64,000 bases of DNA from an uncultured virus (IMG/VR IMGVR_UViG_3300048930_001385) (IMGVR_UViG_3300048930_001385), one strand, 5' to 3'. Numbered from the stretch's first letter, positions 50,553-59,425 are shown. Notes: generated from the sequence alone by a model not told the origin. Translations and numbers: made by a program.

Positions 50553-51089
50553 TTAAACAGTGGCAAGGGCCGCGCTGACGAGAGGAGCAAGAAGATTGCC
50601 GGCGGGCGAGAGCTGCATATTCTCGCCATGGATCTGCTTGTCGAACTTGCAGGCAATAAGGCCAAATCGCTCGAGCTGAGTAATTCCATTGCCCTCGTCG
50701 TAACGGAAGACATTCGCCTGCTGGCCTGCGCACTGGGCAGCGTAGATATCGGAGAGAAGCTTCCCACAGTGCCGCGAATAATCGGTGCCGTCAAGCAGCT
50801 GCTGGAAGGTATGGTCAATGATCTCGTCCCATCCGTCCTCATGCAGTAGCAGCGCATCCTTATCGATACCCGCGTGCTGGTGGCGAATAATCATACCCTC
50901 GGTGATCATACCCTCCAGCTCGTTCTTAGAGAGACCACCACCATACAGGATCAGGCTTGTTGATGAGCCGTAGACATCATGGCGTCCGTACGAGAGTAGT
51001 GTCCCACTCATGATATTGTTGACTGAACCGCTCCGCGTGAACAGGGCCACTTCACATGCGATTTTGAGCTGCATCGGGTTCATTCTCAC
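50553..51089 (-). CDS. hypothetical protein
   Basis: AAGGAG RBS. Confidence 0.65.
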   Translation of the reverse strand: MRMNPMQLKIACEVALFTRSGSVNNIMSGTLLSYGRHDVYGSSTSLILYGGGLSKNELEGMITEGMIIRHQHAGIDKDALLLHEDGWDEIIDHTFQQLLDGTDYSRHCGKLLSDIYAAQCAGQQANVFRYDEGNGITQLERFGLIACKFDKQIHGENMQLSPAGNLLAPLVSAALATV

Positions 51090-51155
51090 TCCTTTGTAGA
51101 ACGCCTCTTAGTGTATATCGGCAAAATAAATACAGCCCCAAGGCCAGTCTTTGGC

Positions 51156-51482
51156 CTAGAAGAAGTCGATGTGTTCTATTGGCTTGACGTACCAGTGGTA
51201 ATCGGGCCTGAGTGGGTCTATTACCTTCATATCCTTGGCGATGTCAATAAAGTTAACATACACAGGAACCGGATCGTTCAGGGGCAAGGGGGCCTTGCGG
51301 CGACGATTACGGGTATGCCAGAGACTGAGGAGATAGTCTGTCGCCGCGCCCTGCCCGGGGAAACAGTTCTTACCCTCAATGCATTCGCCACAGGGAACGT
51401 TCTCGTTATACTGACCGGGTGAATCGGTCGCCTGTCCATCGGGACCGATGTATTCGATATGGAACCTCATGAAACTTGTCAT
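51156..51482 (-). CDS. hypothetical protein
   Basis: RBS; stop overlaps the palindrome. Confidence 0.6.
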   Translation of the reverse strand: MTSFMRFHIEYIGPDGQATDSPGQYNENVPCGECIEGKNCFPGQGAATDYLLSLWHTRNRRRKAPLPLNDPVPVYVNFIDIAKDMKVIDPLRPDYHWYVKPIEHIDFF

Positions 51483-51509
51483 CCTTAGCCTCCTTGGCTA
51501 ATTATAGCG

Positions 51510-51683
51510 CTACCAGTCGCCCCGGTTTAGCGCCTGCTTCGCGTTCTTACGATCCTGTCGCTTACGATCCCGGACACTAGCCGAGTAAGTAGCACCCTTC
51601 TGGGCGTTGTACGAGAGAGCGTAGACACCAGTATTGGTCTGTCCTGCCTTCTTGCGCTTCTTTGCCGCCTTGGAAAGTGCCAT
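51510..51683 (-). CDS. 57-aa highly basic peptide
   Basis: MALSKAAKKRKK...RDRKRQDRKNAKQAL; AGGAG RBS behind an element copy. Confidence 0.6.
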   Translation of the reverse strand: MALSKAAKKRKKAGQTNTGVYALSYNAQKGATYSASVRDRKRQDRKNAKQALNRGDW

Positions 51684-51805
51684 GATCGTCTCCTGTTCTT
51701 GCCTGCCCTAATATTATCGGCAACACGGGAGAGGAATGGAGGACAAGTGTTTGGCCCTGCCGAAAGCCCCATCACCCTACTTCTTACAGACATTAGAATA
51801 AAGTT

Positions 51806-52954
51806 ATGTCTCACCCAGAGAACAACACTCCTAAGCGCGAGCTCACGATTTCGACTGCCACTACTGTAAAGACAGTACTCGCCGCTGCTGCCACCTTGGT
51901 TCTCGTTCGTGAGTTAATGGATATGGCCTACATATTTCTTTGGATCGCACTCGCCTTGTTTCTGGCTCTTGTGCTTGATCCATGGGTGCACCGCCTACAG
52001 GATCGTGGACTCAGCCACACTTTGTCGGTGTTGACCACTGTTGGCACCGTCGTTGTCTTCATCGGCCTAGCTAGTTTCTTTTTCATTCAGCCACTTGCTG
52101 CTCAGGGTGATGCCCTCTTGGATACATCCCGCGATATTGTTTATGAAATGCAGCAATCCGACCGTTTAAAAGCCTGGGATCGGGAATACCAGATTGTTGA
52201 ACGAGTCGCTGACGGGGTTGAGTCCAGCCTACAACGGGTACCCGAGTACACGGGCAAAATCCTGGGCGCTGTCCTCTATACATTTTTTGGCAGTATCACC
52301 GTAATCGTGCTCGCAAGTATGTTCTTATTGACCGGTCCACGTCTTGTTCATGATGCACTCATTCTTTGGCCGGCCTTGGCTGAAGATAAGCGATGGCGTG
52401 TACTGGCGTCAGTCTATGATAACATTTCTCGTTATATCTCCGGCACACTACTCGTCGCCTTGATCGCTGGAGTCTATGGATATATTGTTCTTAGCTTACT
52501 TGGAATTCCGTATGCGTTGCCGCTTGCTCTCTGGATTATGCTTTTTGCGGTGGTTCCGACGTTCGGGGCGATGATTGGAACAGCCCCGGCACTCATTGTA
52601 GGACTGTTTATATCACCATGGGTCGCGCTAGGTGTGTTCGTAGCGTTCCTCGCGTACCAGCAAGTAGAGAGCATGTTTTTAACTCCACGTATTGTCGGCA
52701 GCGTGATCCGGATGCCTGCCTTGTTCGTATTCCTGGCCGGTCTCGTTGGTTATGGCCTTGCGGGTGTGATCGGGGTATTGATGGCTACCCCGTTAGTAGC
52801 GACAGTGCAGGCGCTTGTCGGTGAGGCCGTAGCATTGCGCAAACAACAGAACCCGGAGGTTGCGGAGATTGCCGAAGATAGAGCTTCGCGCAAGCCTCGG
52901 CGGCGCAAGGACGACTTGCCTGACAATGATCCTCCTCCCCCTCAAAAAGACTAG
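51806..52954 (+). CDS. AI-2E (UPF0118/PerM) family transporter
   Basis: multi-TM; LA.VL.P.V..L, Y..G.L, P.FG..IG..P, QQVE..L.P...G, G..G.L.A.P. Confidence 0.9.
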   Translation: MSHPENNTPKRELTISTATTVKTVLAAAATLVLVRELMDMAYIFLWIALALFLALVLDPWVHRLQDRGLSHTLSVLTTVGTVVVFIGLASFFFIQPLAAQGDALLDTSRDIVYEMQQSDRLKAWDREYQIVERVADGVESSLQRVPEYTGKILGAVLYTFFGSITVIVLASMFLLTGPRLVHDALILWPALAEDKRWRVLASVYDNISRYISGTLLVALIAGVYGYIVLSLLGIPYALPLALWIMLFAVVPTFGAMIGTAPALIVGLFISPWVALGVFVAFLAYQQVESMFLTPRIVGSVIRMPALFVFLAGLVGYGLAGVIGVLMATPLVATVQALVGEAVALRKQQNPEVAEIAEDRASRKPRRRKDDLPDNDPPPPQKD

Positions 52955-53008
52955 GGAGGGCCAGCCTAAGCCAGCCCTCCCCGGTGTCTAGTTTGATCCG
53001 TCCGTGGG

Positions 53009-53428
53009 TCAGAGCGAGTATGCCCCGTCCACAGCGGTCACGCCAGCGCGCTTGAGGGCGGCGCGGACAGCGTCGGCCTTGTCCTTCGCAGTGAACGCGG
53101 TCAGCTCACGCATCGTGATCTGCGCAGCGATCTGCTTGGATGTGAGCGGCACGCGCGCCGCCTTGAGAACCGCGAGGGCTGCCTCGCCGGTCTTGCCGAC
53201 CTTGCCGCCGTCACGACGCGGGCGACCTCGGCCCACCACCGGGAGACCAGCCTCAACCTTCGCAGCGTTCAGGCTGCCGAAGGCCGTAATGTACGCCTGC
53301 GCCGAGGGAAGACCACTACCCTTGACGTTGATGTGCTTCGTACCGATGTTCTCACCCGGATTAGCCGCCGCGATCCACTGCAGATTCAGCGTCAGCATTT
53401 CGTTCGTGTACTTGCGCTTACGAGGCAT
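53009..53428 (-). CDS. homing-endonuclease-associated repeat-like/AT-hook protein, copy 3
   Basis: near-identical to 12209 and 40081. Confidence 0.8.
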   Translation of the reverse strand: MPRKRKYTNEMLTLNLQWIAAANPGENIGTKHINVKGSGLPSAQAYITAFGSLNAAKVEAGLPVVGRGRPRRDGGKVGKTGEAALAVLKAARVPLTSKQIAAQITMRELTAFTAKDKADAVRAALKRAGVTAVDGAYSL

Positions 53429-53525
53429 TGTCTTCTCCTGTTTGGATTGCGGGAGGCCCATCCTCCCTTGCCGTACTATTATCGTTACCGAGTGGCTAGA
53501 CCTTGAGGCCAGACTGGTGGCCCTG

Positions 53526-53756
53526 TTAAAGCTTTTGCCATTCCATGAGCTCACCCATGCCGACAACCTTCTGAAGCCCTCGCCCCTCAGGGTCATTGGG
53601 ATCATCGGGAAGGCCGACGTACACTGCCAGGTTCGCAATGACCTCTGGGGCCATGAACGCAATATCATTAGGGTGCGGGCAGCGGTATACTCTCCAGCCG
53701 CTCTCCACTACACCGCTGGTGCGCTTAACCTTCACGATCTCACCTGGCTCAAACAT
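53526..53756 (-). CDS. small SH3-like protein
   Basis: FEPGEIVKVKRTSGVVESGW. Confidence 0.65.
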   Translation of the reverse strand: MFEPGEIVKVKRTSGVVESGWRVYRCPHPNDIAFMAPEVIANLAVYVGLPDDPNDPEGRGLQKVVGMGELMEWQKL

Positions 53757-53827
53757 AGGACTACCCTTCTTTGGCGATAGCTCTTTATCGGCATGGCTAA
53801 GATTAATCTAGAGGCCAGGACGTGGCC

Positions 53828-54034
53828 TCAACTCAGACCGTACTGGCCCGCGAGCCAGTCGCGCGTATCCATCTCACGGTCACAGGCAATCTCGGCAAGA
53901 TCTCGCGACAGGTATGGTCCACCAGCGCTCACGATGTCATTCGCATTCTCCGGCACGAAAAACCACTGGCCGTTGGACTCGTAAGTGGTAAAAGCAATGC
54001 CGTGAGCATTGATGTAACGACGCTTGTTATTCAT
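53828..54034 (-). CDS. hypothetical protein
   Basis: AGGAG RBS; stop abuts the palindrome. Confidence 0.55.
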   Translation of the reverse strand: MNNKRRYINAHGIAFTTYESNGQWFFVPENANDIVSAGGPYLSRDLAEIACDREMDTRDWLAGQYGLS

Positions 54035-54119
54035 GATCTCTCCTGATTGTTCTCCGTAGTGTTGCATCATAGATATCGGCGTCCAGAGCAGGATCAAGAG
54101 GCCAGACGCTTGGCCTGTT

Positions 54120-54356
54120 TCAGCGGGGGCCGATAATAGTGATGTAATGGCTCGCGACCTCACACAGGTTCTCGTAGTCGCTGCTCATCATCCGTGCCAT
54201 CACTTCATCAACTGTGGTCGGAGCACCACCCTCGTCAGACAAAGTGTGGCCTTCTCGTTCAACCTGCTTAAAGATATTCTCAATGACACCCATGATGGCA
54301 TAGGCGTTGCCCTCGGGGCGGTCAGTATGGATGATAATGCGAGGAAACAGTGGCAT
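54120..54356 (-). CDS. conserved phage hypothetical protein
   Basis: PEGNAYAIMG...MMSSDYENL. Confidence 0.65.
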   Translation of the reverse strand: MPLFPRIIIHTDRPEGNAYAIMGVIENIFKQVEREGHTLSDEGGAPTTVDEVMARMMSSDYENLCEVASHYITIIGPR

Positions 54357-54381
54357 TGAATTACTTCTTTCTGTGGTCGGG

Positions 54382-54606
54382 TCAGAACGCGAGACGAGTG
54401 TCACGATCCTCGTGCAACTTACGGAGACACATGCGGATGTAGCGAGCGTCCTCTGCTGACGTGGCCATATCGCGTACGAGTTCATTTGCTCGTGCTGCGG
54501 TAAGAGGATACTTAAAACGATTGAGCCTCCGCTCGAGACGATCACGAGCATCAGCCTCCTTCGCAAGAGACTCATCGATCATTCGTGCTGCCCAGTGCTT
54601 CATCAT
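54382..54606 (-). CDS. hypothetical protein
   Basis: GAGG RBS. Confidence 0.55.
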   Translation of the reverse strand: MMKHWAARMIDESLAKEADARDRLERRLNRFKYPLTAARANELVRDMATSAEDARYIRMCLRKLHEDRDTRLAF

Positions 54607-54691
54607 AATACCTCAGTTTAGGATCTTACCCTGTACTTATCGGCAGGCACTAAGGACTGTTGAGGACAGTTTGGTGGCCGTCACCAAGGCC

Positions 54692-54991
54692 CTACTCTAC
54701 AGGCTCAACCTCATAAGTGTCTTTCGGGCAGCATAGGCAGAACCTAACCCTAGCGACCTTGACATCAATATCCGGCTCGGAGTTACGGATTTTCCGTGCG
54801 TGCGCATGAGCCGCCTCGCGGGCCTGCTCTTGAGTATACTTCAGTTTGGCGTCAGATCGGTCATAAGCGTAAGTGAAGCTCTCGTCAGGATCAAGACCCT
54901 GATTACACATCACGCTCTCCCTGTCTTCAACCTCCTGATCGCTCAGGCCCTCGGGGAAGGTGCATCTAACTTCATATTGGTAAATTCCCAT
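54692..54991 (-). CDS. hypothetical protein
   Basis: ATG 3 nt downstream of the tRNA-Leu 3' end. Confidence 0.6.
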   Translation of the reverse strand: MGIYQYEVRCTFPEGLSDQEVEDRESVMCNQGLDPDESFTYAYDRSDAKLKYTQEQAREAAHAHARKIRNSEPDIDVKVARVRFCLCCPKDTYEVEPVE

Positions 54992-54994
54992 AAG

Positions 54995-55068
54995 TGCCCC
55001 TGGTGGGAGTCGAACCCACAAACCCCGGATTTTAAGTCCAGTCCATATGCCAATTCTGGTACAGGGGC
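54995..55068 (-). tRNA. tRNA-Leu(TAA), short variable region
   Basis: GCCCCTG acceptor, CTGGA-CTTAAAA-TCCGG, GTTCGACTC. Confidence 0.9.
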
Positions 55069-55419
55069 ATGCTGTTCTGAGTATAACACTCAGTCTTCTA
55101 GTTTGTTATCGTCATTACAGTCAATGTTCTTGAGGCCAGCCGCGTGGCCCTGATCCTGAGATCAATGACATTGAATCCAGTTTGTGACTAGACCTCACGA
55201 AGAAGATCCGACGCAACAGCACGAAGAGACGAAAGGTGGTCCCACTGAACACAGACCTCGTCGGGGTGAAGGTCTGCTGAGGCTGGTGCTTTTACAACGG
55301 TGCCAGTGCTGCTCTCGTCATTGTCCCAGAGTTGCACTCGAGTTCCTGGCTTGATATGTCCGCTCACTGTAGTATCTTTCTGTTGTATTTTTACCTGGTG
55401 ACGATTGTTCGCACCTGGT

Positions 55420-55611
55420 CTAGTCCTTGAAAAAGCACCGTCGGATATCACGCTTACGCACATCATCCCCGGTCACGTAGACGGCGTACGTCATCCCAAG
55501 GTAAAATACCACTGTCCCCATTACTACGTATAAGTCGCCACTGATGCCGCTGGCAATGAAGAGACTAATGACGAACGTAATAAAGTACTTGCCACTATCT
55601 GAGAGCTTCAT
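55420..55611 (-). CDS. membrane protein
   Basis: two TM segments, AAGGAGG RBS. Confidence 0.6.
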   Translation of the reverse strand: MKLSDSGKYFITFVISLFIASGISGDLYVVMGTVVFYLGMTYAVYVTGDDVRKRDIRRCFFKD

Positions 55612-55728
55612 GTTTTCAGTACCTCCTTAGATGATTATCGGCTTCAGCGCCACTGTGTTGAGGTCAATCGCTGGCCTAGCAGTATCACGATGCTCTTCCA
55701 GTGGGTAGCGACGTGGTTTACGGGAAGC

Positions 55729-55947
55729 CTAGCCAATAATAATATCAGCCACGCTCGAGAGAACCATTTGAGCCTCATGAGAGTTCTCACAACCCTCGGC
55801 AACGTAGGCTGCGAAGTCCTGCATTGCCTCGTTTTCGGCGTCCTCACGGCCACAGTCGATATCTACAACAACTACGTCAGTATGAAGCTCGTAGCCGTAA
55901 ATATCACGGACAGCATAGTTAACGGTCTTGTAATCCTGGTTCATCAT
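55729..55947 (-). CDS. acidic hypothetical protein, leaderless
   Basis: CGATA-N8-ATG. Confidence 0.6.
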   Translation of the reverse strand: MMNQDYKTVNYAVRDIYGYELHTDVVVVDIDCGREDAENEAMQDFAAYVAEGCENSHEAQMVLSSVADIIIG

Positions 55948-55982
55948 AGTATCTTTATCGTCATCCTAACCGATTATCTTGA

Positions 55983-56057
55983 GGACAGTGCGGTGGCCAC
56001 CTTGCGGATGCTGCACGAGTGGGACAGTGCGGTGGCCGCCTTGCGGATGCTGCATGA
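55983..56057. repeat. 39-bp tandem duplication of the palindrome and its upstream extension
   Basis: GGACAGTGCGGTGGCC[AG]CCTTGCGGATGCTGCA twice. Confidence 0.85.
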
Positions 56058-56061
56058 TGTC

Positions 56062-56388
56062 TTAACTGCGCTCAGCGTCTAGGCGTGCAATGCCGGCAAT
56101 GATACTGTCAATATTGCGGCGATGGTCAGCGATGCGACTGGCTGCCGAGTAGATCCGACCAGACTTTGACGGGTTCAGATCGACCCATTGTCGACGACCC
56201 TGGTACGTGAAGTTGATGCGAGAACAGAGCAGGTCTCCGCTAACTGCGACTCGGGTGCCACAGTAGACACCGATGATAGAGCCGTTGGGACCATACTTCC
56301 AATCGATATTGTTAGCGCTCGCGATCACCCGATCAGCAAATTGCGCGAATCGTCGTCGCTGTGACTGTGCCCTGGTCTGAGTAAACAT
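56062..56388 (-). CDS. hypothetical protein
   Basis: AGGAGG RBS. Confidence 0.65.
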   Translation of the reverse strand: MFTQTRAQSQRRRFAQFADRVIASANNIDWKYGPNGSIIGVYCGTRVAVSGDLLCSRINFTYQGRRQWVDLNPSKSGRIYSAASRIADHRRNIDSIIAGIARLDAERS

Positions 56389-56467
56389 TATTCTTTTCCT
56401 CCTGTTCAACTCTATCATCGGCGATTCATACCCTTATCTTAAGGCCATAAATTGCCACGGATAAATT

Positions 56468-56800
56468 CTAGGCTTCCCCGAGTTGACCGCCCTCAGTGGC
56501 GCCATGCACAAATGCGTCGTCCCAACTGGTAAAACCCCGTTCACGATGTTCTGTATCTGGCCAGTACACGTCGTAACCATCCGCATACTGCTGAATCAGA
56601 AATTCAGGCCTCTCTTGATCCTGCTTCTCTTGAGCTAGGATCAGGGCATCAAGGAGAATGCGCTCGCGATGATTGCGGGCTGCCTGCTGTAGGCTCTGCA
56701 CAAGCAACTCAAGATTTTCCGGATGGATATTAAACTGCTTGAGTTGCGTCAATAGCTCACTGATCGCGTAATCGGTGGGGATATGTACATGAGTCGTCAT
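56468..56800 (-). CDS. hypothetical protein, paralogue of 2390-2749
   Basis: leaderless; shared C-terminal motifs. Confidence 0.8.
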   Translation of the reverse strand: MTTHVHIPTDYAISELLTQLKQFNIHPENLELLVQSLQQAARNHRERILLDALILAQEKQDQERPEFLIQQYADGYDVYWPDTEHRERGFTSWDDAFVHGATEGGQLGEA

Positions 56801-56875
56801 GCTAATATTATCGGCAATGCCCAGTTAGAACTAGAGGACAAGCACCTGGCCCCGGCTGGCAAGCCAGTGGTCTGA

Positions 56876-57490
56876 TTAGACCTTCTTTGGCCGCACGCGC
56901 GGGCCGACAGGAAGGTAACTCCATTCGCGCAAAACCTGGGCATAGAGCCTACCCAATCCAGTCACGCGGATAGGAGAGCCAGTCCACTTCTTCGCATACT
57001 CTGGTTCGTTCTTGACCAGATCCATATCTACGAGATTCTTGATACTACCAACATACTCGTCACCGAAGAGAACCTGTGGATTGTCCCATGGCCCCCAGTA
57101 GGCGGCAAACGTAAGATCGCGAAGCTCATAAGTCTGCATCTGCTGGGTCAGAACACCAAAAGTATGATTAGCGAGGTATCCTGCATTGGACTCCATATCC
57201 TTAATTTCAGCCAGACTCCAGGTGCAGGTCTTGCCTGAAAACGGCTCAGGCTGGGTGAGAATAATCTCCCCATCGGCTTCCATCACTAGAATGACTTCTT
57301 TCATATTTTGCCAGTTGAGCACTGGCGACAGCCAGTAAAACAGGCGATCCAGAAGTTCACGATCAGTCCACTCGCGAGGATCAGGGCTAAACTGATTCTG
57401 CTCCAGCTCCATGACAAACCGCACGAGACGCCGACAATCGTCCTCAGTGACGGTATCACGATTCCACTTTGTTGTCTGCATGGTGATCAT
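56876..57490 (-). CDS. hypothetical protein, leaderless
   Basis: CGATA-N8-ATG. Confidence 0.7.
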   Translation of the reverse strand: MITMQTTKWNRDTVTEDDCRRLVRFVMELEQNQFSPDPREWTDRELLDRLFYWLSPVLNWQNMKEVILVMEADGEIILTQPEPFSGKTCTWSLAEIKDMESNAGYLANHTFGVLTQQMQTYELRDLTFAAYWGPWDNPQVLFGDEYVGSIKNLVDMDLVKNEPEYAKKWTGSPIRVTGLGRLYAQVLREWSYLPVGPRVRPKKV

Positions 57491-57592
57491 AGATATTCTA
57501 TCGGTCTCGTTAAGTGATGCCGAGAGGACAATGTTATGGCCGCGTTGGATGCACTCTGTGGTAGAAATAACAATTGAGATAGGTGCAGCGAA

Positions 57593-58051
57593 CTAGATGT
57601 GGGCCATGGGATGGAGTTTCATATGTGGATCCTGATGTCGCCAGACCTGGGCCTCAATTTCCATGCCAAGCAGGCGGTAAGCGAAAAGCTCCGCATGACC
57701 ACCGTGGAGGTGCCAGTGCTCATACCCCTCCGCAAGTTCTACGGACGGCTTCTCTCCATCAAGGATCATGTCAAGCGCCTTATGGATCAGGTTGACACGA
57801 ATATCTTCATCCTTGTCCCGTATCAGGACGACATCATCCATTGTTAATCGCACGGTCTCGTTACTCTTATACCATCCTGGCGGCAGAGTCCTTTGCGTGA
57901 GACCGATACCGAGGGATCTCCTTGCTACTGAAATGTACGACCATGGATCCGCGACAAGACGGAAACGAAACTGACCACTGAGGTCTGGTTGAAACGTTAC
58001 CTCCACTGGTCCCATTTGAAAATTACGATATGTTTGTGATGGCGTGTGCAT
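57593..58051 (-). CDS. possible ParB-like domain protein
   Basis: P.V......W.L.GGH..L.AYRLLG..I. Confidence 0.5.
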   Translation of the reverse strand: MHTPSQTYRNFQMGPVEVTFQPDLSGQFRFRLVADPWSYISVARRSLGIGLTQRTLPPGWYKSNETVRLTMDDVVLIRDKDEDIRVNLIHKALDMILDGEKPSVELAEGYEHWHLHGGHAELFAYRLLGMEIEAQVWRHQDPHMKLHPMAHI

Positions 58052-58053
58052 AA

Positions 58054-58275
58054 TTAGGCGCCGTAGACCAGCTCGTGATCATCCCCGCTGAACGGGCTGT
58101 ACCAGACCTGCTCGTTCGGGGTGTAGCCGCTGATCGTGTTCTCAACAGCGCATTCACACTCGTGGAGCTGTTCGGCGAGAATCTCACGACGCAGGTGGTC
58201 GGCTTCGCTAGCCACGGCATCGCGCAGGTGGTCACGGTAACGACTGAAAGTTACAAGCTGCTTAAGCTGGTTCAT
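58054..58275 (-). CDS. hypothetical protein
   Basis: AGGAGG RBS. Confidence 0.55.
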   Translation of the reverse strand: MNQLKQLVTFSRYRDHLRDAVASEADHLRREILAEQLHECECAVENTISGYTPNEQVWYSPFSGDDHELVYGA

Positions 58276-58598
58276 CCTAACCTCCTGAGGTACTATCGGC
58301 ACCAGGCCACACTGTCTTGAGGCCAATATCGCGGGCCAGCACCTGATCTCGATGATCAATTACAGTCTTCACGCGCCGGTCACGAGTGCGTGGATCTGCT
58401 CGGGCGTATCCTTGATCACCTTGTAATCACTGACACAAAACTTTGGGCGACTTGGCACCTTAGGAATATCAATCTCCAGCTGAAGCTGGTTCGGATCCAT
58501 TGCGGTCTCTCCTGCGTTTGCTTACTTGCTGTATCGGCAGATATGGCGGTAACTAATAGGCCAACAACTTGACCCTTACGCGTGCAATTAAATTTACC

Positions 58599-58871
58599 CT
58601 AGTACGACCACAAGGCACCGACTCGCAAAGCCTCAACGAGATTCTTCTCATGACGCAACATTTCCTCACAGCTCACGTATTCGTACCCCTGATCGTCGAT
58701 CTCGTGGTAGATATGCCAGCTGCCGTCAGCAGGCGAGTAGGTAATGTGCTTGGATGACCGCACGAGCCCACCTGCGAGAGCGATGAAGCAGTCGCACCCG
58801 TCCTCATCAATGTCGATATTCGCTCGGCTTTGTAGGTCGGCGAGATCGGCAATCTTAGTATAGGTGCTCAT
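58599..58871 (-). CDS. hypothetical protein, paralogue of 13977-14237
   Basis: shared motifs. Confidence 0.8.
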   Translation of the reverse strand: MSTYTKIADLADLQSRANIDIDEDGCDCFIALAGGLVRSSKHITYSPADGSWHIYHEIDDQGYEYVSCEEMLRHEKNLVEALRVGALWSY

Positions 58872-58942
58872 GGGTAACTCCTCGGGTGCGGGATTTCTCT
58901 TTGTCTTAATATTATCGGCACCGATGATACAGGCCTTGAGGC

Positions 58943-59425
58943 CTAATGGCTGGCCCACACGCCGCCACCATTGTCAATCCACCACTCGCGTAAATTCTTA
59001 ATAGCTACTCGGGAGGGCGGGCGAGATAGGGCAGGATCTACGGCGGCTCGACAACGATCTAGTAGGTATTCTGGATCACACAGCACGAGTTCACTCGGAT
59101 GGTAGCAGTCGGCTAGCCCCTGAGCGAGGGCGGTACGAATATCGTTGGACCAGAGATTTCCCAGTCCGGCTACCTGAGATAATATAGTGTCCGCTGAGGT
59201 GCTCGGCATCCACAGGGCGTGCATTATTCGGGCCATGCCTCTCTGATGGTCGCCCTCGAATCCAGCTAGCCATTGCCGACAGCTACGCAGTGCATGATTC
59301 AGCCCCTTAGAGGGGGCATAGCATTCGCGCAGAGAACAAGGGACTAGTTCGATGCCTTCTGATACGGCCCAGTCCACATAGTCGCGGGGGCTGGTAAACA
59401 CAGAATCTAGGCACCACCTTGTCAT
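58943..59425 (-). CDS. HhH (PGxG...REWW) family protein
   Basis: VPCSLRE, QVAGLGNLWS, CDPEYL, RPPSR..IKNLREWW; TGCTATATT -10. Confidence 0.8.
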   Translation of the reverse strand: MTRWCLDSVFTSPRDYVDWAVSEGIELVPCSLRECYAPSKGLNHALRSCRQWLAGFEGDHQRGMARIMHALWMPSTSADTILSQVAGLGNLWSNDIRTALAQGLADCYHPSELVLCDPEYLLDRCRAAVDPALSRPPSRVAIKNLREWWIDNGGGVWASH

